From Octopus sinensis (lineage: Eukaryota), in the NCBI RefSeq assembly GCF_006345805.1, contig NW_021833302.1, positions 1 through 64,000 on the forward strand: 64,000 bases of DNA, written 5' to 3'. Made by a program: the position numbers and the translations under genes. Within the stretch, counting starts at the first letter, position 1; each line of letters starts with the position of its first letter. The notes under the pieces were generated by a model. It saw only the letters and a list, made by a program, of their open reading frames with translations. It made no database searches and had not been told where the DNA came from. This document shows, piece by piece, positions 36,757-50,040 of the stretch.

Positions 36757-37272
36757 GGCCCTTAAGTCCCTACCCGGTCCATATGCTATGTTATTGGACC
36801 ATACATTTTTGACGGGACAGTAAGTCATACCTCATATCTGGACATGTTACAACAATGGTTTATAACGAAACTCAATGAACTTGGAATCAGAGAGATTTAG
36901 TTTCAACATGATAGAACTCCGGTTCATTATGACATCACTCAGCGAGATTATCTTAATCACACTTTTCCAGACAAATGGGTAGGTTGTAGTCCAGTAACAA
37001 CCCCGGTGCCCGTGAAATGGCCGCAATAAGTCCGCATTCGATAACATGCGATAACTCTCTTTTGAGGCTTCTTAAAGGACATTGTGTCTAAACAACGTTC
37101 TAATTCCAATGCTGAATTGAAGGCATTTGGAACAATAACCTTTGCTATATTGAGGGTAATGTCTCACAGACCATGGAGTCGTATAAAATTGTGCAGCGAG
37201 AATGAGGGACATCACACAGATACAGTGGATACATAAGATATATGGATGGGTAGGAACTTATGGGCCACCCTA
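36757..37272 (+). pseudogene. Tc1/mariner-superfamily transposase 3' remnant with right TIR
   Basis: GPYIFDGTVSHTSYLDMLQQWF...FQHDRTPVHY...YLNHTFPDKWVG...KWP..SP..CDNSL, matching the FQQDGAPPH / WPPRSPDLTP.D pattern; ends ggaacttatgggccaccct (TIR-like). Confidence 0.75.
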
Positions 37273-37379
37273 CGATTTTTTTTTTAAATTACACACACAC
37301 ACACATATAGGTTTGTCATATTTTCCTTTTATTGTCTTTTTATTTAAGATAAGATAGATAGACAAATAGACAAATAAAT

Positions 37380-37388
37380 AGAGATAGG

Positions 37389-37452
<64 letters not shown>
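37380..37452. repeat. (GATA)n microsatellite
   Basis: Direct inspection. Confidence 0.95.
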
Positions 37453-38013
37453 AAGAAAGATAGGCTGATAGGCAGACAGACAGGCAGTCAGGTTTTTGTT
37501 TCCGTGAGTTATACAATGTTAATTAGTATGCATGTATATATGTATATGTATGTGTGCTTGAGTCTACTGATCAATATGAGCTATGCAGGTGTGTGTGTAT
37601 GACCGTGTAAAGGTTTGTGTATGTGTGTAAATGTGTGCTTAAGTGTATGTGTTATCAATGTATATATAATGATTTTCTGTATTTGTGGAAGTGCAGTATT
37701 TTTCTGTGTGAGTAGAAGAGTGTAGTAATGTATACAGCTGTGGTTATGTGCATGGATATGTGTATGAATCAGCATATCCATGTGAATATGTGTGTTGGTA
37801 TATGTACGAGAGAGTGAATATGTTTAAGTATATCGGTATTTCTGTGGGTGTGTGTGTGTGTGTGTGTATGTGTGAATGTGTGTAGATTTACATCTATGTA
37901 CTTGTGTGTATGCGTATGCATGCGTGTGTCATTATACATTTATATCGATCAGAACGTGTGCGCGTGTATGTGTGTGTATGTGTGTGTATCTGAGCTTGAA
38001 CTACCTCTCTCTC

Positions 38014-38208
<195 letters not shown>

Positions 38209-38698
38209 ATCTATCTGACAAAAGTGAAATAACCGAGTTGTAGGCAGGTGATAATGTTCTAGAGAAAGCACTGTTCTAAGGTTATATGTGTGTGTGTGTG
38301 TGTGTGTTTGTGTGTGCATCATATATAAACTCACACAATACGCATACTCATAGGCACACTAACACGCGCGCACAAAAACACACATACGAATACATATACA
38401 TATGCAATACTTACATGCATGCTCATCCATTCGCTCTCACGATCTCTCCCTCTCCTTGATTTTGTTTCTAGTGGTACGGTTCTAATTACATACTTACCTA
38501 AACATCTCTAAGCACACATACACAGATATTCTCAGGTGTAGGGATATTAAACCTACATACTGAAGTATGTGGACATATAAGCGTACGTTCGTGAATTTCA
38601 ATACAAACTGCACACACTACATATCACCAGTAGACCCGTTTCATTTTCCGTGTCAAATTAGTGCTTACACTGCTTAAGCACACACACACACACACACA

Positions 38699-38774
<76 letters not shown>

Positions 38775-39514
38775 AGGTATATGCATATATGTACATGGGT
38801 GTGCATGCATGCGTACATTCTTGCATGCATGCATGCATACGTACATGCATGCATACGTATGTATTTGCGTACGTACGTACATACATACGCGGCAGATATT
38901 CTTTCCGGACATGATAGCATGTTTCCAGAGGTCGCACGTTCATTAAAACATTATCAACAGCAGGCGGCAGAATGAATCGCATGAGGAAAAAAAATAAACC
39001 CAGAAAACGTATCTGATTTCTTACACGCCGGCAAGCACGGAAAGCGAAAGCGGAAAATACCGTAAAGAGCGGAAACATCCATGATTCAAATAGAGGTCAC
39101 TCTACACGCAAACTTTTACATTAGAGTGCTCTCCTCTTAGAGGTTAATATGATAAATATAAATTAAAAGTAAAATGCAGAAAGGAGATATTGAATATAGA
39201 ATAATCTATTTAGCAAGTACACCGAAAATATTTCTGCGTACAAAATTTTAGCACTGAGCTATATAACGGAAAATATATTCAGGCTCTGAGCTGTCATGTA
39301 TTAATGTATTAAGAAGGTGTAAGAGATGAAACATTACGGGATAAAACAAGCTATGCAAAGACGTGTGTATATATGTATATTCATGTGTGTGTGTGTATGT
39401 GTGTGTGTGTATGTGTGTGTGTGTGCGTGTGTGTGTGTGAAACTGTGTATGTGTATATAATTATATGTATACTCACTCCCACGAATTATTATTCTCTCTC
39501 ACTGTCTCTCTTCT

Positions 39515-39552
39515 CTTTTCTGATGAAGGACTAATGTCCGAAGCGTTAAGAG
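39515..39552 (+). ncRNA. Near-canonical minimal type-I hammerhead ribozyme motif
   Basis: ctttt-CTGATGA-A-GGAC-taat-GTCC-GAAG-CG-TT-aagag. Stems I and II pair; the only core change is A15.1 to G. Confidence 0.62.
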
Positions 39553-39804
39553 TATTTTTCCTTCCATCAATGTTTTAAGCTACTATCGTATTTTTTAAAG
39601 AAGAACAACGTTGACACAATCAATTCTTGATTCACAGGACTTGCTGGAGGCTATAATAGAAGGCACATGTCCAAGAGAGCATGCGTGGGTATAAACACAA
39701 TTCCTGTTTGCAAAAGCAAACTTCTACCCAAAGATTCTCAAACATAGATATATGGATATATAAAAACGTGTGTAATTAATGGTATACGTTTTATATAACA
39801 AATA

Positions 39805-41033
39805 CAGGGTTTGGGCAAAATAATGGAAACGTCTAAAAGTTTCAAGCGAATTTATTTTAACATGGGGTAGGTCCACCTTTGGCAGTAATTACAGCTTGAA
39901 TTCTACGAGGTATGAATTCTTACAAAGTTTAAATTGTTTCCAAAGGAATTTTTGTTTATTCTTCAGCTAAAACAGTCTCCAGTTCTTGTTGTGATGGTGG
40001 TGAAGGATATCAACTCCTTACTTGTTTTTCTAAAATGCACCATAAATGTTCAATAATATTGATATCTGGGGACTGCAGTGGCCAGATAAGATGTTCAACT
40101 TAACTAGAACCCTTCTCGTGCCATTCACTAACAAATTTAGCTATGTGAATTGGAGCGTTATCATTCTGAAAGAATGCGTTTCCCTCCAGAAACACTTCTG
40201 CAACCATAAGATGAAATGCTTAAATAGTCTTGACTATTAATTCTGGCATGAAAAGAAACAATTGGGCCGGCGGATTTCCAAGATATAGCCCTCCCACAGG
40301 TCATTACAGATTCTCCTCCATCTTTAACAGTTGGAAGAAAGCAGGGTGGGTCAAAATGCTTCTTTTGACTGTCTCCACACGTATACTCGGCCGGCGGTCG
40401 GAAATAAGGTACAGGATGACTCGTCCGAGAAAATAACATACTTCCACTCCTCTAGAGACGAATTTTGTAGACTTCACTCGAAACGTTTTTGAAAGTAGTG
40501 GTTTCCTGATTTGGATCCATCTTGTGAAATCCGAGTTTGTGCAGCTCCCTGCGAACAGATTTTGTGGAAACTGGGTTCTCGAGGTGGTCGTTAAGCTCTG
40601 CAGTAATTTTGGGAGCTGTACTTTTGTGATCCTTTCTAACAATTCGCGTAAGAGTCCGACGCCCCCTATCTGAAATTTGGGTTTTCTTCCGGAGTTTTGT
40701 TTCGCCGAGGAGGTTTTTCCTTCTTTCTCAAAGGCTGTCATTACTTTCGAGACAGTACTTCTTTCGGGTGTTTTCTTTACACAAGCGCCTGCCATACGAG
40801 CACCAACAATTTTACCTCTTTGAAAGTCCGATAGATCTGTTATTTTAATGAATTTTAATTAACTTTTTCTGATGATATCTGAAAAGCAACAACAATTTTA
40901 GCAAACCATATTAAGCAACACTAATAAAAAATAAAAAAAACATAAAAATAAACAAGCTTTTGACGGTTCTATAGATATTTCAAAATTATGATGCTATGAT
41001 GCTAGGTGTTTCCATTATTTTGTCTCACCACTG
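39805..41033 (-). mobile_element. Full-length, decayed Tc1 DNA transposon (~1.23 kb)
   Basis: Imperfect TIRs cagggtttgggcaaaataatggaaac and (reverse complement) cagtggtgagacaaaataatggaaac with TA on both sides; transposase TDLSDFQRGKIVGARMAG...SGRKPK and TVKDGGESVM, frameshifted. Confidence 0.9.
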
Positions 41034-41559
41034 TATGTATATGCGCGTGTGTATGTGTGAGTGTGTGCGTGTGTGTATGTGTGTGTGTGTATTTATGCAT
41101 GCATATATATATATTTACTTCTGAGTATTTATGCATATTTGTATGTATATATGCAAATGTGCTTGTGTTTATCCATACAAACAAGTGCTTGTAATCATAT
41201 TCATAGGCATAAGAATTTACTTAATATATGTGCATATAGAGAAATTTAAAAAATACTTATATCCGCTTATATAGAGAGAGACTAATCGATGCATCTATAA
41301 ATATATCGGTTGCTTTCTCCTTCCACACTCTTGGAACGGGGCAGAAAGAAGCAGAAAAAAAAGGATCACGTGACTCTATCTATTGTGTATTGAGATATCT
41401 GTAGTTTAAATCTCTGTATATGCAAATATTAATTAAATTCTTATGCCAGCGAATATCATTACGTGCACATCAATGTATTCATATATATATATATAAACAC
41501 ATTTGCATACATACATACAAAAAGAATCCCATACAAACATCCATATACACATATACGTA

Positions 41560-41620
<61 letters not shown>

Positions 41621-41656
41621 ATCAAAATAAAATAAAAACATGATGCGAAGGATTCA

Positions 41657-41734
41657 GCGGTACATATGTTTCGGGCCTTTATTAGACAGATTTATAACAA
41701 TGCATAATGTATGTCTGTGGCCTTCTTCAGCCGC
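41657..41734 (-). ncRNA. Type-I hammerhead ribozyme motif at the end of a Penelope-like element
   Basis: gcgg-CTGAAGA-A-GGCC-(40-nt insert with acaga/tctgt inner stem)-GGCC-C-GAAA-CATATG-TA-ccgc. Intact core, 4-bp stem I, palindromic stem III ACAUAUGU. Confidence 0.7.
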
Positions 41735-43039
41735 GCACAACAGCTTCCACAAGGACATGTGTTACATCAAAAATTCTTGGTTGGGGATGCAAATCCTCTC
41801 ATTCACGTACGACATAATGCGGCAGCAGCATAGAATTGAAGCGTCCATCTCTTTCTTCTCTCAATGTAGAATGAGGAAAATTGGATGTTGAGGTAATGTA
41901 AATAAATAAATACATATATAGAGGTGAAGATGGAGGGGCGAGAGTTCGGGACGAGGATAAAAAATGTATAAAAAGTGTAAGTATAGAATAATATAAAAAT
42001 GTAGAGGATAAAGATATAAAGAGTTGTAAGGAGATGTAAAGGGGGTATAAAGAAATATAAAGAAATATAAATAAATGTAAAGGCATAAGGTTATAAAGTA
42101 AAAATAGAAATAGAAATAAAAGTAAAAAAACCTGATAAAACCATGATAAAAGTGTAAAAGAATGTAAAGATAAGGGATGTATAGAGGTTACGGACCAAGC
42201 ATGGTGGTCAGGAGATTGATAAAATTTAGTTGTAGAATTGTCAGTAAATCAACAGTTTCGTCTGGGGACTTAATGCGTTGTAAATCAGAGCTGATGAGCA
42301 TTTAATCTGGTTCCTTGAATTAAATGGACTTCTAGTACATACATATCATCATGGATACATACACCCACATACACGCGTACATATACGCCTCCAAGCCTAT
42401 AAGCATACACACGCACTCGCGCGTAAACACGTACATAAACACACACGCACCCACACGCACGCGCGCACACACACATACATACAACAGAATATCCGCATAT
42501 ATACACGGACATTACGCGCGTACACGCTCACATGTATATACGCGCGCCCATCACTACATACACACACCTATATGCCCACGCCTCTAGGTCCAGGTATAAG
42601 ATATTAAAGGATGTGTATAAGAACGTAAGTAAAGAATCCCGTACTCATGTCAACATGCGCACGCACACACGGCTGTGTGTCCGTATGTGCGTGCACATAT
42701 ACACTCATATACACACACAGAGAGACACACGTGCACACGGGTATAGCTATAAGATATCGAAGTATGCATGTACATATACGCGCGCGCATATGTATGTGTG
42801 CGTACACACACGTACGCGGACGCTCGTATATTCAAAAGGTGGATCCATAGGTAAGTAAATAAACATATATAGAGGTGTAAAGCGATAAGTTAGGGGTAAG
42901 AATGAGGGTAAGGGTAAAGATTAGAAATAAAAAATACAGTATAAAATAAGAAATACAATGTAATAGTTAGAAATGAAGTATAAGAATTATAAAAATTATA
43001 AGAGTTAAGGTAAGGGATGAAAATGAAAATGAGAATAAA

Positions 43040-43275
43040 TGGAAGTAGAATAAAAGTAAAAATAAAATTAAAAATAAAAATAAATGGAAGTAGGATAAAA
43101 GTAAAAATAAAAGTAAAAATAAAAATAAAATAAAATAAGATAAAATAAGATAAAATAAGATAAAATAAAATAAAATAAAATAAAATAAAATAAAATAAAA
43201 TAAAATAAAATAAAATAAGATAAAATAAAATAAGATAAAATAAAATAAAATAAAATAAAATAAAATAAAAAAAGA
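43040..43275. repeat. (AAAAT/AAGAT)n pentanucleotide repeat
   Basis: Direct inspection. Confidence 0.95.
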
Positions 43276-43789
43276 TAAAAATATAATTTTGTAAAGTTTA
43301 ACATGAGATGAAGGTGGTTGAAAGTTAGAGGTGTGTGTTAAACGTAGGGGCGGGCGGGGGGAACTGAAAATTGGAAGGGTGGGAAGTGGAGTTTGGCGGT
43401 GTGCGTTCAACATCTGAGTTAGAAATGTGAAAGAGTATAGATGTAGGGAATTAAAGAGACTACATAGGGAGGATATGGGTGTAGGAGAAGAAATATTTAG
43501 GGAAAAGAAGTCATATATGGGAGACAAAATTTGTATATATAGGGGGAAAATGCAGGGAACCGTATATGCACATACACACACCCACACCCACACACACACA
43601 CGCACATGTATATATATATGTATGTGTACACATACGTACACGTATGTGCACATACATACGCACACACACACACACACACACACATACACACGCACATATA
43701 GGAAAGCGGGATGTGCTGGAGCCGACAGGTTGCACCGGGTGGGAGGAAATTGCATGGGGGAGTTGGTATAAGACCTAAGCATTGTAGTA

Positions 43790-44344
43790 TTTGAAAGTAT
43801 TAATAAGTTTATGTATACAGGATGGTTTGAACTCTGACCTTTTGTTAATAAGATTGTGTTTGTCTTTGAATTTCAAGATGTTCAGGAGTTCTACACAGCA
43901 TAGTTAGCATCCTGCTCTATTATTTAAATAAGGTGCAGCTGATCCGATGATGGACCATCTGAGTTTGAAGTCTATGCATTTGTCTTTTAATTCCCAAATT
44001 CTTTTAGAGAGGGAGGTGCTGTTAGCCTTATGTCTGTGTCTCAGCGAGGACCGGTGGTTGTAGTATCTGGATTTCCAGGAGGTTGAGCAACCAATATAGG
44101 TGAGTGTGTTAAACTGAGTACTCACCTCACATGAGTATATTACGTTTTTCGCCCTACATGCGCCCTGCAGCGGGCACTCTGATGCACATCTGCAGTTGCA
44201 TTGCATTGCATTATTCGGTCGTGTGCTGCTAATCCCATGTATACATACATGCTCAAACGAAACAAAAGAGGAAGCAAATCTGCATAAAACAAAGTCACTC
44301 ACATGGTGAAAAATTATAGTCGAATTTCTTGCTATAAAATGCAT
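43790..44344 (-). pseudogene. Penelope-like GIY-YIG endonuclease C-terminus
   Basis: CNCRCASECPLQGACRAKNVIYSCEV...TYIGCSTSWKSRYYNH...NSTSLSKRIWELKD...RWSIIGSAAPY...GC*LCCVELLNILK...LINKRSE. Confidence 0.85.
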
Positions 44345-45104
44345 TTAACCTGTCTGGAGCTATTAATTTAGGATCACTCTGTTAAAAGCATTATCAATGC
44401 AGCTATACAAGTTGCATTGTCGGGAAGAATGAAATCTGTCTGAGTATGTGCTGAGCAATTTCAAATTAACCAAACTCTGATATCAGAAGTGTAACTGCAT
44501 AAATAAATTTGGTTACACACTTTCTGGATCGCAAGAAATTATTCGAATCTACTTCAACAATTTTCTCTCTTGTAGGTACAAGAGGCCTTTGACGTGCCCT
44601 CGGCTAGCTTGCAATCATCTAGGAAATGTTTCTGTGGTTACTGAAAAGATATAGTATCGTAGGGTAATATTTCTTTGACATAGCCTCTACTTGACTTGCT
44701 CTCTGTTTATACATTGCATTAAAAGTATTTTCTTTGATGAGAACATCTAAAAGACACGTAATTAGCTGTCAATAAGACAGTGATAGCCTAAAATATTACT
44801 TTGTGAGAGTATTGGTCAAGAATGTAAATGCTATGATGAAGAGCCTAGATTGGTGGCGAAAAATTCAAAGGATATATATATGGAGCTAGCCAGCACAAAT
44901 TATCCTACAAAGCAAGTGGATACAGAAATTGTGAAAGTATCCTAGAAGTTATCACGCACATCATAAGCAACCGAAAATGTCAATATGATGCTATATACAT
45001 AAGTAGTACGATGACGTTGCAAAAACATTATATAATGTCATTATTAGAAAAGGGGAATGCTGACGAGAAAATATGAGACGTTGCTCTTAGGTGGAATATT
45101 TTTT

Positions 45105-45430
45105 AAAAGACTCCGCCGGTTACGACGACGAGGGTCCCAGCTGATACGATCAACGGAACAGCTTGCTCGTGAAATTAACGTGCAAATGGCTGAGCATTCC
45201 ACAGACACGTGTACCCTTAACGTAGTTCTCGGGGATAATCAGCGTGACACAGAGAGTGACAAGGCTGACCCTTTGAAATACAAGTACAACTCATTTTTGC
45301 CAGCTGAGTGGACTGGAGCAACGTGAAATAAAGTGTCTTGCTCAAGGACACAACGCGTCGCCGGGAATCGAACTCACAACCTTACGATCATGAGCCGAAT
45401 GCCCTAACCACTAAGCCACGCGCCCTCACT
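45105..45430 (-). mobile_element. tRNA-derived SINE (head type D, tail type Y)
   Basis: Minus strand gagggcgcgtggcttagtggttagggcattcggctc...gagttcgattccc, then gtgtccttgagcaagacact and a tail shared with 3852-4330. Confidence 0.85.
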
Positions 45431-45464
45431 AGGTGGAATATATACTCACACGAAATACTGATTT

Positions 45465-45672
45465 CAAGACTTGACAAAAGGCCAGCAATTTGGAGGGATG
45501 GGAAAAAAGTGGATTACATCGACCCCCAATGCTTATTTGGTGTTTGTTTTATCGACTCTGAAAGGATGAAATGCATAGTCAATCCCAGAAGAATTAGAAC
45601 TCAGAATCTATAGACAGACGAAATGCCGATAAGCATTTTGCCCGGAGTGCTAATGATTTTGCCAGCTTGCCG
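45465..45672 (-). mobile_element. SINE family B
   Basis: gattacatcgaccccc...gaaaggatgaaa...gaactcagaa...ttttgcccggagtgctaatgattttgccagct. Confidence 0.7.
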
Positions 45673-46554
45673 AATTGCCCGAAATACTTAAAATGTTCCA
45701 ATCGAAACACTAGAAAAACATCCGTATAAAGTAATTAGAGGTGACAGAGAGAAGCAGATATCAGAGTATTGGAAATCATTTGGCCAGCGAAAACGATACT
45801 ATATTCAGCGAACTATTGAGACCTTGGCAAACCCATCCGAGCATTTGCTTTAAATTTATACCTGTAATTATTGACGTAGTTGTCTATGCAACTAACATCC
45901 TCGGCATAATCCTTGGAAAGCTAGATATCCCCAAACCTGCAAGACACAGCTAATTGAGAAATTATTTTCAGAATTTATCAATGGAATTCAGAAAATCTGT
46001 GAAACATTTGAGAAAGTGAGGATGCAATAGGTGGAGAACCACATTTTGGCAATCAAACACATGTATACGCACGTGTACATAAGACAAAATTATATACATA
46101 ACTAAACATATTTGCATAAGCATTGGCAAGTGATTCACACTTGCCAATGATACTCATTGTTATGTTGATCTATATTTTCATGAATTTATTCTGCCATCCA
46201 TCCATCTGTCCATTTATTATTCATCCATCGACAGACGAGGCTTCATTTTCCTGAGCGGCACCTTTGGCAAGTATCTTCTACCGTAGCCTCAGATTGACCA
46301 ATATTTGTTATTTGGGAATCAAGATGAAATATATTAATATGGTAGAGTGATTTCGTGCTGAACTCTGTAACATTGCATACACACGCGCGCGAACATACAC
46401 AAATACACACACACACGTGTATGTATGCATATACGTAAATGCATATATACGTAAATACATATGCATACACACAGACACGTATACAGATTCTTACACAGGT
46501 ACAGATACACGCACATGTATATCTTGTGTGTGTGTGTGTTTGTGTGTGTGTGTT

Positions 46555-46591
<37 letters not shown>

Positions 46592-47847
46592 TTGTTTGTG
46601 TGTGTGTGTGTGTGCGTGTGTGTGTGTGTGTGTGTGTACGCGTAGATTTGTTATTAGCCGTAATTTAGCAATTCGGCAGCGGAGCGACCAACAGAATAAG
46701 TACCAGACATAAAACACAAGAGGATGATTTGATCGACCGAGAACTCTTCAATTAAACAATGAATTAAACAACGCCAATGATAGTCGTTATTATCATGATA
46801 CGTCGAAATGAACGTTTCTAAAAACCTTTCCAATGCGTAATGCGGTTCCTATATTTGGCTTAAGATGAGCGGAAGATGAAAGGAGCTGAAAACGGCCGAC
46901 GATTGATGGCAATTTCTGTATCAATACAGATAAAGCTGGATTATAATTTATCCCTGCCAGATAGACATCAGCTAGAAGGGTCGGTGTTAGGTATATGTGG
47001 ATCACACCTGGTCGTTCGACTGACTATTCATCTACCCTATGGTGTCTGTTTTACCATGGCTGACCTTGGGATACAGAAGAGCAACAGCAGAAACATTAAC
47101 TCCAGCGGCATTGAACTAAGTCTAATACCTTATTCAAATAAGATCATTGGGCAGATGAAAATGAAAGTGTCTCTGGCGTAATCTATATCGATTCGCCTCT
47201 CATCTTCTCTCTCTTCCACTCTCTCTCTCTTTTTCTTTCTTTCTTTCATTCTCATTCTATCTCTCTTTCGCTGTCGCTGCATCTGTCTCACTGTCTCTAT
47301 CTCTGACTCTCTCTCTTTCTCTCTCTCTCTTTCTCCCTGTCATCTACAGTCACTAGATGTCGTAAACACTTAGCCTAAATAGTGTCTGCAAGTATATTTG
47401 TATATCCATTAACTATTACATTTTGCTTTATTCGCATGGTTTATCTCTCATATATTGCAGAGATAGGCTCTGCATATACACAAACATAGATACATACACA
47501 CAAACACACATACATATGTGCGTGTGTTTGATCGAGTGTACTTATATATATGTGTATGAGTATGTATATATATGTGTTCTCCTGAGTCCGTGTGCTCTTC
47601 TAAGTACAGAATTAATGATGGATATCTTATATTCAGCCGAGCATCTAATATGTGTTTATTCAAATATATATTGCTATTGTGGGTTTTGCTTGTGATTTAT
47701 TTAATATACTTACGTCACTGTTGAAATCTAAAATAATTATTATATTATATGTATTTCGTTCATAACAGTAACTTAGTACTGCGTTTTTCCAATGCTTTCA
47801 AGCGCTACTTTTAATTTTCCTAAATGGCTAATATATATGATTACTGC

Positions 47848-47947
47848 GTGTATGTATGTATGTATGTATGTATGTATGTATGTATGTATGTATGTATGTA
47901 TGTATGTATGTATGTATGTATGCATGTATGTATGTATGTATGTATGC
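47848..47947. repeat. (TATG)n microsatellite
   Basis: Direct inspection. Confidence 0.95.
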
Positions 47948-48558
47948 ACATATATATATATATATTATATCATATTCAGTGTTTCAACACTGTTTTACAT
48001 TACAATTCTCTCATAAAGTTAGCAAAATCTGATCGAAGTGAAGAGCTAATGTATTCGCTATCACGTTGCTTGTGTTGTTTTCCTTGGGGGTAACTAAATG
48101 AGTTATGCATTTCATAGAGTTAGTCGTCTTTTGAATGATTTGCAATATGTGAGTAGGTTTTAGTCTTTGATATAGAAGACGTCCTTTCTGTTTGTGATGT
48201 TTATTTGTACTTTAGTGCGCAGCCAACGTTTGCACATATCTTAGCGTAAGCGTTATTGGTGGAAGTTGTGCGGATCTCAGATGACAAATGCCACTGAAAC
48301 TCCATAACTGTGCAATAACACTACTTCATAAAACACTAAACTACTCAAATAGACAACACATACATACATACACACACACACAAACCGTTAGGCTTTATTT
48401 TCGTTATATATTCCTTCTGTATTGCATATGTGAATTGCAGGGTTATGTCGTATGTGGAGCCCCATTTGTAGAAAATAGAAATAAACAGTCTCCGACTGCT
48501 ATTTCTAATTCTTTCGGTATGCGGCAAAGCAACCTGTTGCCTGTCCCTTCTACTTATA

Positions 48559-48589
<31 letters not shown>

Positions 48590-48869
48590 TAGTAGGTTTG
48601 GAGATGATGTACAGGTATTTTATATTAGAAGAAACGAGGTACTCAGAAATTCGGATGGTTTTATATTTACAGATATTTATATGTATATTACATGTTTTTA
48701 TACATCATATAACTTATATCATATATCATATATTAGCGCTTTCGTCCATTCTGGTGGAGTTTTCAAATTATATAAATATAAGATTTCTTGTGCTATGCGG
48801 AAACAATGTGCGATAAGGTAAAAAGTAAATTAGAAAAGAAAAGGGAAACAAAACAAAACAAAGTTGCAG

Positions 48870-49810
48870 TTTTACCTTGTGTTTCTATACTTCGGGGTTA
48901 TGACCCTTTCTTCAGGACATTTGGTAAGGAGAAGGAAGGAGAACGGTAACATGATCAGACTGCTGTTGCTAGAGCAGACAGTGTGTGTGCTTCATATAGT
49001 CCATTCCTGTTTTTAATATCTGCTCTCAATTTGTTTATAAGGAAGGCTTCCGTGATTCTGCGATTGCCTTTTTTGCGTATGGTGACCCTGGTGGTAACTT
49101 TAAAATTTTGGGTTTAGCACTTCATTAGGCGTTTTGTTATTGAAGTGTCAGTGTACATATGTTCTTTTACAGTTTCCTGGTTGTGCTCCACATGTAGGAT
49201 GCCCTACATTTACTGCAAACTGCTTCGTATATCACATAGGTTCTCAAGCACGCTTTTAGGTCGTCGATGGGACAATTGGTTAGTGTGGATCCCTCGATGC
49301 TATCTCTGGTATTATTCCTCAATCGAAATTACCTCAGGGATTGAATGCTGTGCACAACTTCTGTGATGAGTTTTCCCTTGCGGATCCCATGTTGTATAGC
49401 TGTAGATGTTCTATCATCAATGTAGTTCAGTTTTATGAAGCACTTTCCCGACTTATGGACCTTCTTATGTGGTTTATCCACTTTCGTGTTTCGTGGACTC
49501 AATCATTTTGCTACAAATGGTGAATAGCCGTTGTGTGCTAAGTTCTTGAGGAACCGCCAGATGTTGATAGCTTTGTCTGTTGCTTCGCTGCATCTGTCTC
49601 TAATACGTGTGATTTCATTTTGCAAGTATGCGGCTTTGGCTCTGGTGGACAGGTCTGGTCCGTTGTGTACGAACGGCTTCGTGCTGGCCTCTTTCCAACA
49701 AAAAAATTGAATAAATGGATCTCTCCTCTATGATCTTGATTTGGAAATCCAGCTGAAAGAGGGTTCCGGATTCGTCCAAGTTTTCAGTTTCGAATTGTTT
49801 AAAGTTTTCC
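48870..49810 (-). mobile_element. Penelope-like element remnant (RT thumb, linker, GIY-YIG, degenerate hammerhead)
   Basis: Minus strand WKEASTKPFVHNGPDLSTRAKAAYLQNEITRIRDRCSE...LAHNGYSP...CPIDDLKACLRTYVIYEAVCSKCRASY.STTRKL...RRITEAFLINKL, then CTGAAGA-aa-gggt-cata-accc-c-GAAG at ~48890-48915. Confidence 0.82.
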
Positions 49811-49839
49811 CACACAATGCTTCACCAAAACTGCAACAC

Positions 49840-49948
<109 letters not shown>

Positions 49949-50040
49949 GGTGTGTGTGTGCGTGCGCATGTGTGTGTATACTTATGTGTGTAAGTATGTA
50001 CATACCTACGTATGTATGTAAATATGTATGCATGTATGCA

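Larger units (their letters stand above)
41620..44400 (-). mobile_element. Penelope-like element remnant: GIY-YIG end, long microsatellite-rich tail, hammerhead
   Basis: GIY-YIG peptide at 43790-44344 and hammerhead in the same orientation at 41657-41734. Treating them as one element is inference. Confidence 0.55.

Noticed and set aside
42250-42330. CTGATGA followed by an 8-bp hairpin (+), and gtc-ccca-gac-GAAAC (-)
   Set aside because: Each orientation has only half of the hammerhead core.
46876-47181. 101-aa ORF in non-repetitive sequence
   Set aside because: No motif or splice evidence; such a length is expected by chance in 64 kb.
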